Shown piece after piece: positions 10,234-19,278 of a stretch of DNA of 64,000 nucleotides. The notes beneath the pieces are model-generated. The model saw only the letters and a program-made list of their open reading frames with translations, ran no database searches and was not told the DNA's origin. The translations under genes were made by a program, and so were the position numbers. Numbering within the stretch: position 1 is the first letter of the stretch; the number at the start of each line of letters is the position of its first letter. This stretch comes from Armatimonadota bacterium (GTDB lineage Bacteria; Armatimonadota; UBA10988). The stretch covers positions 1 through 64,000 of the forward strand of contig JACRKZ010000068.1 of the NCBI GenBank assembly GCA_016235455.1, in the 5' to 3' direction.

Positions 10234-10824
10234 CTATTCGGCAACGGGCCCCCCGCCGTCGGCCAACCCCTCAATCCGCGTCACCAGCTCATCTAGCTCC
10301 ACCGCCAGCCGGCGTGGCCCGAGCCGGCCAAAGACCTCGGCCATAGCGCGGTAGTACCACAGGCTGCCCTCGCGTCCGCCGCCGCGGAAGCGGGGCCAGA
10401 GCTCCTCGCCCAGTTCCAGGTAGTCGCGCAGGATGCAGCGGGCGTTGTGCACCTTGTCGGCGCACGAGATCAGACGGGTGGCCTCGTCGGCGTGCTCCAG
10501 GTGGGCCAGATAGGCTTCCTTACGGCCGCGCCAGGGCGGCTTGGGGTGGTCGTCGCTGTCGCTGCAGGCCTCGACCAGGTCGGCCACGCGCGGGCCGAAC
10601 TGCTCGCGGATGGCCGCCAGTGTGGCCTGGCCGCCCTGGTCCTCCACGGCGTCGTGCAGCAGCGCGGCGATGGCGGTGTCTTCGTCGCCACCGCATTCGA
10701 GCACCAGCGACGACACGGCCAACAGGTGGCCCACGTAAGGTGTGCCGGTGCCCTTGCGACGCTGCTGACGGTGCAGATGGTTGGCCATCACCAGCGCCTG
10801 GTCGAAGCGTTCGGACAACTCCAT
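10234..10824 (-). CDS. HD-domain protein, small alarmone hydrolase (Mesh1/SpoT-HD)-like
   Basis: H..Q.RKG..TPYVGH, ALLHDAVED, ADKVHNAR. Confidence 0.82.
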   Translation of the reverse strand: MELSERFDQALVMANHLHRQQRRKGTGTPYVGHLLAVSSLVLECGGDEDTAIAALLHDAVEDQGGQATLAAIREQFGPRVADLVEACSDSDDHPKPPWRGRKEAYLAHLEHADEATRLISCADKVHNARCILRDYLELGEELWPRFRGGGREGSLWYYRAMAEVFGRLGPRRLAVELDELVTRIEGLADGGGPVAE

Positions 10825-12146
10825 CAAGCCAGACCATCGCTTTCTGGGCGGCCCACGCTGTGGTACTCGAAGCCCGCGGCGCGCACGGCGGCGGGGTCGA
10901 GCATGTTGCGCGCGTCGACCACCACCGGCGTGGTCATGCGGCGACGCACATCGGCCAGGTCAGCCTGGCCAAACTCGGGCCAGTCGGTGGCCACGGCCAG
11001 CGCGTCGGCGCCCTCGACCGCGTGCAGCGCGCTGTCGCAGTAGGTCACGCGGTCGCCCGCGGGCAGCAGGTGCTGGGCCGATTCCAGGGCCTTGGGGTCA
11101 TACAGCCGCAGCTTGGCGCCATCGGCCAGCAGCCGTTGGGCCAGCGCCAGTGCCGGCGCGCCGCGTACGTCGTCGGTATCGGGCTTGAAGGCCAGGCCCC
11201 AGATGGCCACGGTCTTGTCGCGCGTGACCCACAGCGCACGCTGCAGCTTGCCCGCGATCTGGTCGATGCGGCGGCCGTTGAGCGCATCCACCGCCTGGAG
11301 CACGCTCATGTCGACACCCAGCTCCTGGCCGATGCGGATGAACGCGCGCACATCCTTGGGGAAGCACGAGCCGCCATAGCCCAGGCCCGCCTTGAGGAAG
11401 GACTTGCCGATGCGCTCGTCGAGGCCCATGCCTTGGGCCACGGTTTCCACGTTGCCGCCGGCCGCCTCGCACAGCTCGGCCATCAGGTTGATGTAGCTGA
11501 TCTTGAGCGCCAGGAACGAGTTGGAGGCGTGCTTGATGATCTCCGCGGTGGACACATCGGTCACCACCTTGGGGCAGTCGAACGGCTCATAGAGCGCCAG
11601 CAGCAGCTCGCGCGCGCGGTCGGAGTCGACGCCGATGACGATGCGGTCGGGCTCCAGAAAATCGCGTACGGCGGTGCCTTCGCGGGTGAATTCGGGGTTG
11701 CTGGCGACGTCGAAGGCCGCGCCGGCGGCCCGCGTGTGCAGGCGCAGCGTGCGCGCGATCCAGGTGGCGGTCTTGACCGGCACGGTGCTCTTCTCAACCA
11801 GCAGGCGATAGCCGTCGAGGTGGCTGGCGATGACGCGCGTGACGCGCTCGATCTGGCTCAGGTCGGCCTTGCCGTCGTCGCCCTGGGGCGTGCCGACGCA
11901 CAGGAACAGCACCTCGGAGGCGGCCACGCCGTCGGCGATGTCGGTGGTGAAGCGCAGTCGGCCGTTCCGCAGGTTGGCTTCGAGCAGTTTCTCGACACCG
12001 GGCTCATAGATGACCGGGTCGCCGCTGGACAGGCGTCGCACCTTGTCCGGCTGCTCATCCACACCCACCACCTGGTGGCCATGCTCAGCAAAACAGCAGG
12101 CCGTTACCAGGCCGACATAGCCCGTGCCGATGACGGTGACGTTCAT
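10824..12146 (-). CDS. ugd: UDP-glucose 6-dehydrogenase
   Basis: IGTGYVGL, KSTVPV, SNPEF, GYGGSCFPKD, GLAFKPDTDD. Confidence 0.95.
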   Translation of the reverse strand: MNVTVIGTGYVGLVTACCFAEHGHQVVGVDEQPDKVRRLSSGDPVIYEPGVEKLLEANLRNGRLRFTTDIADGVAASEVLFLCVGTPQGDDGKADLSQIERVTRVIASHLDGYRLLVEKSTVPVKTATWIARTLRLHTRAAGAAFDVASNPEFTREGTAVRDFLEPDRIVIGVDSDRARELLLALYEPFDCPKVVTDVSTAEIIKHASNSFLALKISYINLMAELCEAAGGNVETVAQGMGLDERIGKSFLKAGLGYGGSCFPKDVRAFIRIGQELGVDMSVLQAVDALNGRRIDQIAGKLQRALWVTRDKTVAIWGLAFKPDTDDVRGAPALALAQRLLADGAKLRLYDPKALESAQHLLPAGDRVTYCDSALHAVEGADALAVATDWPEFGQADLADVRRRMTTPVVVDARNMLDPAAVRAAGFEYHSVGRPESDGLA

Positions 12147-12222
12147 GTTCCCTCGCTCTCCTGGGCCCCCATCAGATTATGACGCTGCGGGGAGCGATTT
12201 CGTGCCAACCAATGCGCGACGG

Positions 12223-12666
12223 CTACTTGGTCTCGGGCGCCGGCGCGGCCTTGGAGTCGGTCTGGGGCGCGGCCTTGTCATCGGCCTCGGGGGTGACGCG
12301 GCTGCCCAGGCCAGGGCCGAAGCCCACACCGGCGGGCACGACCACGGGCGCTGCGGGCGCCGCGGGATTCCCGTCCGGCGCAACCACGGCGGTGTCGGCG
12401 GTCTGGGTGGGTTCGGCGGCGGCGGCGGGCTTGGGCGCCTCGACCAGCGGCTGCACCAGGGCGCCGGTGGCGATGGCCTCCGGCACGACCTGCTGGACCT
12501 CCTCCCAGGGCGGCAGCTCTGGCTTCCTAGGGGGCCGCGTGAAGACGATCCAGGCCACGCACAGCACCACCGCAGTCAGCCAGATGAGCGCCAGCCGGGG
12601 CTCACGCAGGCCGCTGTCGGGCTCCTGCTGGCTCTCGTCCGGCTCGGGTCTAGGTACGCCTGCCAC
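12223..12666 (-). CDS. Hypothetical single-TM protein with Pro/Ala-rich tail
   Basis: TM helix LALIWLTAVVLCVAWIVF; GTG start overlaps the sulfatase end. Confidence 0.55.
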   Translation of the reverse strand: MAGVPRPEPDESQQEPDSGLREPRLALIWLTAVVLCVAWIVFTRPPRKPELPPWEEVQQVVPEAIATGALVQPLVEAPKPAAAAEPTQTADTAVVAPDGNPAAPAAPVVVPAGVGFGPGLGSRVTPEADDKAAPQTDSKAAPAPETK

Positions 12667-13999
12667 TGCGGTTCTCCAGCCACTCGAACCAACGCCTGCC
12701 CAGGCTGATGTTCTCGTGGCAGACAGGATCGTCGGCCAGGCCCAAGGCGGCCAGGCGCGCCGCGATCTCACCTTCCATCTTGTTTTCCAGTTCGGCCGCG
12801 AGCTCCCATTCCGACAGGTAGAGATTGTCGGTTTCGCCGGGATCCGTGACCACATTGTAAAGCTCGCGAGCCGGCCGGTTGTGCAGCGACGGCCCGCGCG
12901 AAGCGATCAGCTTGTGCGTGTCCGTGCGCATGGCCCAGGCCGCCTGCCAGGTGCATTCCTGGCTCAGCACATGCCCGCGCCAGTCGCTCACCGCCTCGCC
13001 GCGCAGCAGCGGCAGCAGGTCGAGCCCCTCCACGCCCGCCGGCGCCTCGAACCCCGCCGCGGACAGGGCTGTCGCACCCAGATCCTGGTGCTGGCAGAGC
13101 TGCCGCACCCGGCGGCCGCCACTCACGCCACCGTTAGGCCAGCGACACAGCAGCGGCGGGCGGATGTTGCCCTCATAGAGCCCGTGATGGTCGAAGTAGA
13201 TGTCGTGGCTGCCCATCATCTCGCCGTGGTCGCCAAAGATCATGACCAGTGTGTCGTCGGCCACGCCGGTCTCTTCCAACACGTGCAGCAGGTTGGTCAG
13301 ATGCTGGTCGAGCCCGAGGATGCAGGCGTCGTAGATCGCCTCCAGGTAACCGGTGTCGGTGATCGGGCCACGACCCAGGTCGCGCTCCAGCTCGGCCAGC
13401 CACTCGCCCGAGCGCTCGTGGAAGTACTGCCGGCGGAAGGGGCGCATGGTGTCCACGTTGGGGTCACACGGATCGCCGGGATAGAACGTGTGGCGCACGT
13501 CCAGCGGCGGCAGATACGGCGTGTGCGTATCCCAGGTGTGGACGAACAGGAAGAACGGCTCCGCTCCCGCGTGTTCACGAACCCAGGGGATGGTGCGCTG
13601 GTTGAGCACCGACATGGGGATCGACCAGACATGGCGGAACCGCCGGCTGGGATCGATGTAGTCCTCGAAGCCGAGGGTGTACCAGGGCAGCAGCCGCTTG
13701 ATGTTGTCTACCGCGCCGGTCAGGTAGCCGTTGTCATGGAAGATCGATGGAATCCAGGGATAGCCCGCCCGCGGCTCCATGCCGCCACGGTGGCTGACCA
13801 GCCCGTGGGTCAGCGTGGTCTGGCCGGTGAAGACGCTGGTATGCGCCGGGGTGGTGGGCACGCCGGGGCAGATGAAGTTGTCGGCGACGACGGCGTCGGC
13901 CGCCCAGGAGTCCAGGTTCGGGCTGGTCGGGCGGTGGTAGCCATACAGACCGAGATGATCGGCGCGGAGCGAATCGCAAGAGATCAGAACGATGTTCAC
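12650..13999 (-). CDS. Sulfatase-like alkaline-phosphatase-superfamily enzyme (Thr at the nucleophile position)
   Basis: DSLRADHL, TTPAHTSVFTG, HTWDTHTPY, GDHGE, DHHGLY, ELYN...DPGE. Confidence 0.88.
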   Translation of the reverse strand: MNIVLISCDSLRADHLGLYGYHRPTSPNLDSWAADAVVADNFICPGVPTTPAHTSVFTGQTTLTHGLVSHRGGMEPRAGYPWIPSIFHDNGYLTGAVDNIKRLLPWYTLGFEDYIDPSRRFRHVWSIPMSVLNQRTIPWVREHAGAEPFFLFVHTWDTHTPYLPPLDVRHTFYPGDPCDPNVDTMRPFRRQYFHERSGEWLAELERDLGRGPITDTGYLEAIYDACILGLDQHLTNLLHVLEETGVADDTLVMIFGDHGEMMGSHDIYFDHHGLYEGNIRPPLLCRWPNGGVSGGRRVRQLCQHQDLGATALSAAGFEAPAGVEGLDLLPLLRGEAVSDWRGHVLSQECTWQAAWAMRTDTHKLIASRGPSLHNRPARELYNVVTDPGETDNLYLSEWELAAELENKMEGEIAARLAALGLADDPVCHENISLGRRWFEWLENRSGRRT

Positions 14000-14027
14000 G
14001 GCACTGCTCGGTTCGCCTCTGAGGGTA

Positions 14028-17000
14028 TCACGGACGCCGCGCGGTGAGCACGACGCCCGCCCCGATTTCGGCGTCCGCGCCGATGCCCGTCCAGCCCGCC
14101 GGCAGGCTCACGCGCACCTTCTGGCGTCGGCCTCCGGTGCAGGCCACCGTGAGCTGACGCGGCCCGGCAGTGATGTCCAGCACCGTGTCGCGGTAGGCGA
14201 TGCGCGTCACACGCAGCGACGGCCAGTCGCTCGGCAGGCTGGGCGCGAGGCGGAAGCCGTCGGCCGTGGGTTCGAAGCCCAGGAAGCCGTACAGCATGAT
14301 CTGCGGCACCAATGCGCTCTCAAAGAACTCCTGGTCCATGCCCAGTCCGCCGGCGGGCCCGCCGCCCTGCAGCGTGCCGCGGCCGGGCTTGGCGTAGTAG
14401 GCGCGGTAGCCGCCCTCGGCGCGCACCTCGGCGAACCAGTCCAGCGTACGCCGGAGCGACTGCCACGCGCTATCGGGCCCGGCTGTGCGCAGCCGCGCGG
14501 TCTGATCGTGATAGGCGAAGCCCAACACGGCGCCGCCGTCTTGCACCTGGCCGCCCCAGGGGATGCCCTCGGGGCCGGACCAGGGGAAGGTGTACCAGTC
14601 GACGTTGCGCCGCGTGGTGGCCCGCGGGCCGAAGCGCCAGTGATAGATGTCCGCGCCGGTCGAGGTGTCGCCGGCCACGGTGCGCTGGCCGTCGAGCCAG
14701 GCGAGGATCGACCGGGCCTGCTCGTCGCTGGCCAGGCCAAAAGCGATGGCCTCGTTGTTGACGAAGGTGTAGCCGTAGTCGTGGCCCACACCGGCGCTGT
14801 CGATACAGGCCACGAAGCGGCCGGTGGTCGGGTTCCAGAAGCGTTGCCGCGAGCGCGTGCGCACCTGGTCGGCCAGCGCCGCCAGGCTGGCCGCGCCGCG
14901 CTCGGCTGGAGGCAGGCGCCACTCCGGATGCGCCGCGATCTGGCCCTCGAGCTGCGCCATGCGTCGCAGCGCGTCGTACAGGTAGATTGTGGCCAGCGTG
15001 TCGTGGCCGCCGAAGGGCAGCAGGTCCCAGTAGTTGTTGCCGATGCCCAGCCCGGCATGCACGGTCTTGCCGTCGTAGCCCGCGCGGCCATCGTGGCCGA
15101 CCCACGGCACGAATACGCAGCCTTCCTGTTCGACTCTGAACTCGCGCAGGGCGAAGTCCAGCGCGTGGCGCATGCGCGGCAGGTTCTCGGTCAGGAAGGC
15201 GCGGTCGCCGGTCCAGCGGTAGTACTCGGTGCAGCCCTGCACGTAGTTGGGGTTGTTCACCGGATGCCGCGTATCGCAGGCGGTGACCAGCCCCAGAATG
15301 CGCAGCGTGCCGCCGCGCGCGCCGTTGAATGCCAGGCGCAGGCGCGTCAGGCGCTGGGCTGGGTCGGCGTGACGATAGAGCGGCACGTGGGTGAACGACC
15401 GGCCCGGCATGTCGGTGGCCAGCGGCAGCGGCAGGCTGCGCTCGGCGCCGAACTCGGGCTGGGTGGGGCTGGTCCAGGCCAGCGTGGCGCGCGCGCCCGC
15501 GGGGCACTTGGGCTCCCATTCGAGGCGCACGAACGGCGCCACCAGCCGGTCGACATCGAAGGCCGGCGTGGTCAGGCTGGCCGTGTCGGCGTCGATCTTG
15601 AGCGTCAGGCCGGTCGTCTTGTCGAGCCCGGTCTGCGCCAGCCCGTCCAAGGCCCAGCCGTCGAGCGCCTTGGTGGCGCCGACGCGGTAGACGAGGTGCT
15701 CCGTGGCGAACTGCCACGCGATGCCACCGGCCTGGAAGGTGGTCGGGAACGGCCAGCCCTCACCGTGGCCGAAGCCGTGGTGCTGGATGGTGCTGACATA
15801 ACCTTCGGCGTCGATGGGCCGTTTGAGCAGTTCCGCGCGCCAGGTGGCGGCGTGGTCGTTGGCCGGCTGGTCGCCCACGGCCGGCCACAGCGAAGCCATC
15901 GACAACCAGCCGTCCCACAGGGTGGCCTTGGGGCCGCTGCCCGCATAGTGCAGCCAGTGCAGCGAGCGCAACAGCTCGGTGTAGCGCTCCTGGCCGGGGA
16001 TCTCGAACCGCGGGAAGTCGTCGGGCACCAGCCAGGTGAGGAAACCCTGGGTGCCCCACGGCGGGCAGCCCACACGACCCAGCTCCATGGCCGCGGGCCA
16101 GGCCCGGTCGTCGAACCCCGACTCACGCCAGCCGGTGGCCTCAGCCGAAGCCACGCGCCAGCGGGCGTCGGTCAACGCCGACACCAGCACCCGGTCGCCC
16201 TCGCCCAGCAGCACCAGCGCGCCGGCCAGGCCGGCGGGGTTGGGCATCTCGCCCGCGTTCAGCGCCTCCACGGCGAGCACGTTGCGGCCCGGCCGCAGCG
16301 ACTCGCGCACGTCCATCTCATACCAGTCGCCGAAGCTCGACGCGACGCCGCGATAGACGCCGTTGACCCACACCGTGGCCTGGTTGTCGGCCGAGCCGAC
16401 GAAGAAGGCGCGCTTGACCTGGGCCGGGTCGGCCACGTCGAACGCGCGGCGGAAGTAGCGCGTGCCCACCGGCGCGGCGTCGCGCGGGTTGGTCTTCTCG
16501 GTCGACCAGATCCACTGCGTGCGGCGGAAATCGATCTCGCGCACCGGTTGGCCCGCGGCGCGGGCCCGGGCCCGGTTGATCTGGACCGCCTGGCCCGCGG
16601 GCGCGTCGACCGGCTCGATGCTGACCGCGTCGATCAGCACCGAGATGCCGTCGCCGGGGTCGACCTGGCTGAGCTCCAGCGTGTACCCGCCGTCGCCCGG
16701 CACGAACAGCACTTCAAAGGCTTTCCAGGGCGTGGCATAGGTGCCGGCGGCATCCACGGCCGGCACTTCCACCGGCGCGACCAGGGCTGTGCCGTTGAGC
16801 CGCACTTGGAGGCGGCCGAAGTGGCCGCAGGAGTCCTTGTCGGTGGCGCGGCCGTTGGCCGCGAGCCGCAGCCGGTAGACCTTGTCGCGCTCGAACGGGC
16901 CGACGTCCTGGCGCAGCACCGCGCGGTTCTGCAGCGCCAGCACGAACTGCCCGTCGGGCTGCGCGCCGTTGTCGAAGAAGGCCAGCGCGCGCGGATTGCG

Positions 17001-17162
17001 CGCGGCTTCGCCCAGCACTTCCCAGCCGGGGAGTGTGTTGCCGCCACTGACATAGCCAACGCCCTTGATCGGCGTGCTGCCAGCTTCAAAGCCGCCGTTG
17101 GCCACCAGATCAGGCGCGCCGAGGGTCAGGCAGAACAGTCCGAACGCCGCGATGGGGAACAT
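14028..17162 (-). CDS. Large secreted glycoside-hydrolase-like protein (CBM-like N-terminus, (alpha/alpha)6 barrel, GH65-like C-terminus)
   Basis: Signal peptide, NGGFE CBM-like start, WIW..RYFRRAF..SADN module, NYWDLLPFG, QIMLYGFLGF..PSLPSDWPSL. Confidence 0.65.
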   Translation of the reverse strand: MFPIAAFGLFCLTLGAPDLVANGGFEAGSTPIKGVGYVSGGNTLPGWEVLGEAARNPRALAFFDNGAQPDGQFVLALQNRAVLRQDVGPFERDKVYRLRLAANGRATDKDSCGHFGRLQVRLNGTALVAPVEVPAVDAAGTYATPWKAFEVLFVPGDGGYTLELSQVDPGDGISVLIDAVSIEPVDAPAGQAVQINRARARAAGQPVREIDFRRTQWIWSTEKTNPRDAAPVGTRYFRRAFDVADPAQVKRAFFVGSADNQATVWVNGVYRGVASSFGDWYEMDVRESLRPGRNVLAVEALNAGEMPNPAGLAGALVLLGEGDRVLVSALTDARWRVASAEATGWRESGFDDRAWPAAMELGRVGCPPWGTQGFLTWLVPDDFPRFEIPGQERYTELLRSLHWLHYAGSGPKATLWDGWLSMASLWPAVGDQPANDHAATWRAELLKRPIDAEGYVSTIQHHGFGHGEGWPFPTTFQAGGIAWQFATEHLVYRVGATKALDGWALDGLAQTGLDKTTGLTLKIDADTASLTTPAFDVDRLVAPFVRLEWEPKCPAGARATLAWTSPTQPEFGAERSLPLPLATDMPGRSFTHVPLYRHADPAQRLTRLRLAFNGARGGTLRILGLVTACDTRHPVNNPNYVQGCTEYYRWTGDRAFLTENLPRMRHALDFALREFRVEQEGCVFVPWVGHDGRAGYDGKTVHAGLGIGNNYWDLLPFGGHDTLATIYLYDALRRMAQLEGQIAAHPEWRLPPAERGAASLAALADQVRTRSRQRFWNPTTGRFVACIDSAGVGHDYGYTFVNNEAIAFGLASDEQARSILAWLDGQRTVAGDTSTGADIYHWRFGPRATTRRNVDWYTFPWSGPEGIPWGGQVQDGGAVLGFAYHDQTARLRTAGPDSAWQSLRRTLDWFAEVRAEGGYRAYYAKPGRGTLQGGGPAGGLGMDQEFFESALVPQIMLYGFLGFEPTADGFRLAPSLPSDWPSLRVTRIAYRDTVLDITAGPRQLTVACTGGRRQKVRVSLPAGWTGIGADAEIGAGVVLTARRP

Positions 17163-17178
17163 GAGCCACTCCAAGCGC

Positions 17179-17343
17179 CTCGGGATGTGCGCCGCCAGTG
17201 CCGGTACGCCAATCTCCAGATTGGCATCGGCCGGAGGCGAAGCCGCAGGTCGACATCACGGCGAACCGGTGGCGGACGGTAGTCCTGCGGACCACTGCCA
17301 ATCTGGAGATTGGCGTACCGGCACTGGCGGCGCTGATCCCGAG
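17179..17343. repeat. REPIN/MITE-like element: 48-bp inverted arms, each containing the palindrome GCCAATCT-CC-AGATTGGC
   Basis: 17179-17226 versus 17296-17343 match with 2 mismatches; intergenic. Confidence 0.8.
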
Positions 17344-17394
17344 AACGAGCAACTACCCGGCCATTTCGCCGCGGCTCAGGCAGCGCCTTCCGGT

Positions 17395-18279
17395 TCAGTA
17401 GCCCCAGTCGCGGCTGTAGCGGAAGTCGCGGTCGATGGTGCGTTCGGAGAGCTTGGCGATGACCGGCAGCCGGCGCTTGAACTGGGTGCGGCCGACCAGG
17501 CGGCTGACGCGCTGCACCAGGGCCTCGTCGTGGCCGACGGCGACCAGGTGCTCGGCCGGCCGGCGATGGTCGATCAGTTCGATCAGCACGGCATCGATGG
17601 CGGTATAGGGATAGCCGAGCTGGCTCTCGTCGGTCTGGCCGACAAACAGGTCGGCCGTGGGCGGCTTGTCGAGGATGGGCTGCGGCACGCCCAGGTGCGC
17701 CGCGAGCTGGCGGATCTGGGTTTTGTAGAGGTCGCCCAGTGGGTTGAGCGCGCTGGCCATGTCGCCGTGCAGCGTGCCATAGCCCAGCAGCAGCTCGGTC
17801 TTGTTGCTGGTGCCCAGCACCAGTGCGTTCAGGTGCTGGCTGAAGTCGTACAGGATGGTCATGCGCTCACGGGCCATCTTGTTGCCGCGGCGCAAGCGGT
17901 CGTCGGCATCGTCGCGGCCGGCGGGCACCACGGCCTGGGCGTAGTAGGCATCGACCTGATCGGAGATGTCGACGACGACGTGCGGCGTGTGGCAGTCGTC
18001 GACGCAGGCCATGGCGTCGTCGAGGCTGGCCTGGCTGCTGGTGCGGTATGGCATGAGCACGGCGTGGGTGTTCTCGGGTCCGAGCGCCTTGGCGGCCAGG
18101 TAGTAGCTCACCGCGGAGTCGATGCCGCCGCTGAGGCCAACCACGATCTTGCCGAAGCCGACCTTGGTCACCTCATCGGCAATGAACGCGACGAGCATCT
18201 TCTCCACCACGGCGGTGTTGATGCGCAGTTCGGGCCTGATGGACTCGGCGGCCCACAGGGCCTCCACGCGGTCGTTCAT
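17395..18279 (-). CDS. nadE: NAD+ synthetase (synthetase subunit)
   Basis: GLSGGIDS, GNKMARERM, GTSNKTE, GYGTLHGD, DLYKTQ, KPPTADL..GQTDE. Confidence 0.95.
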   Translation of the reverse strand: MNDRVEALWAAESIRPELRINTAVVEKMLVAFIADEVTKVGFGKIVVGLSGGIDSAVSYYLAAKALGPENTHAVLMPYRTSSQASLDDAMACVDDCHTPHVVVDISDQVDAYYAQAVVPAGRDDADDRLRRGNKMARERMTILYDFSQHLNALVLGTSNKTELLLGYGTLHGDMASALNPLGDLYKTQIRQLAAHLGVPQPILDKPPTADLFVGQTDESQLGYPYTAIDAVLIELIDHRRPAEHLVAVGHDEALVQRVSRLVGRTQFKRRLPVIAKLSERTIDRDFRYSRDWGY

Positions 18280-19172
18280 CGGTACACCTCGCTGCCGATG
18301 CGCTCCAGTTCACGCCGTACCACATGCACCGACTCGCCCAGCGCACGCGGCGAGCTGGCGCGGTGCGCGCGGAGCCACAGCTCGGTGTCGATCTCGACGC
18401 TGAGGATGGCCTCGTCGAACAGCGGTGCCGCCAGCAGCGTGTCGCCCGACGGCGTGACGATCTCGCTGCCGCCGGTGAAGATGTACTGGTCCTCCACGCC
18501 GACGCGCTGCACGTGCACCACGAGCACGCCGAAGATCTCGGCGTACAGGCGATTGAGCCGACGCCAGGTCTCGAGGTTGGCGGTAGTGAAGCCCTCGGTG
18601 TTGTCCACGCCACGCGCGGGCGAGTTGGCGATGCCCAGCAGCACGCCCATGCCCTCGAAGCCCGGCCCGTCCACGCTCAGCGTGTAGACCGTGGCCGGAT
18701 GCCACAGGTCCTCGCACACCAGCAGCCCGGCCCGGCCCAGCACCGGGCTGTCGAACGCCGCCAGCCGCTGACCGGGATTGACGTAGCGGCGCTCGTCGAA
18801 CATGCCGTAGGTGGGCAGATGGACCTTGCGGTGGCGATGCACCAGCACCGGCGTCGCCTGGCCCGGCTCATACCGCAGGTAGACGGCGGCGTTGTAGCAC
18901 TGGCGCCCCGCGCTCAGCTCGATAAAGCCGAGCACGACGTCCAGCGGCTTGTCGCCGGGCGCGATGCCACGCAGTTCGCCGATGAGCTGCTCGGTGCTGC
19001 GCGCGACACGCGCCGTGTCGTCGCGCAGCAGGTAGCCGGTGACACTCAACTCGGGGAAGACCAGCAGGTCGACGCCCTCGGCCCAAGCCGCCGCGATCAG
19101 CTCGCGGTGCCGCGCCAGGTTCTCTTCCACGCGCCCCAGCCCAGGGGCGATCTGCGCCAGCGTGATCTTCAT
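18276..19172 (-). CDS. Carbon-nitrogen hydrolase; probable stand-alone glutaminase subunit of NAD synthetase
   Basis: FPELSVTGY (Glu), RKVHLPTYGMFDE (Lys), VCEDLWH (Cys); ATGA overlap with nadE. Confidence 0.85.
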   Translation of the reverse strand: MKITLAQIAPGLGRVEENLARHRELIAAAWAEGVDLLVFPELSVTGYLLRDDTARVARSTEQLIGELRGIAPGDKPLDVVLGFIELSAGRQCYNAAVYLRYEPGQATPVLVHRHRKVHLPTYGMFDERRYVNPGQRLAAFDSPVLGRAGLLVCEDLWHPATVYTLSVDGPGFEGMGVLLGIANSPARGVDNTEGFTTANLETWRRLNRLYAEIFGVLVVHVQRVGVEDQYIFTGGSEIVTPSGDTLLAAPLFDEAILSVEIDTELWLRAHRASSPRALGESVHVVRRELERIGSEVYR

Positions 19173-19200
19173 CGAGCCCTCACCACACGGTCAGCAACCC

Positions 19201-19271
19201 ATCAACAGATGGCGCAGATGGTCGCAGATGGACTGCCCTGGTATCTGCGTCCATCTGCGCCATCTGTTGAT
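19201..19271. repeat. Palindromic REP-like element built from 9-bp CAGATG-containing units
   Basis: 29-bp arms 19201-19229 and 19243-19271 with 1 mismatch. Confidence 0.75.
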
Positions 19272-19278
19272 CACGGTG

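Noticed and set aside
13992-17282. 1096-aa plus-strand ORF, and similar long antisense ORFs (942-2789, 7811-9934, 39421-42165, 48381-49814)
   Set aside because: Shadow ORFs opposite well-supported genes; expected at this GC content, with no motifs
19201-19271. Possible CRISPR mini-array (also considered at 44527-44632)
   Set aside because: Units are inverted and abutting with no unique spacers, and no cas genes are present
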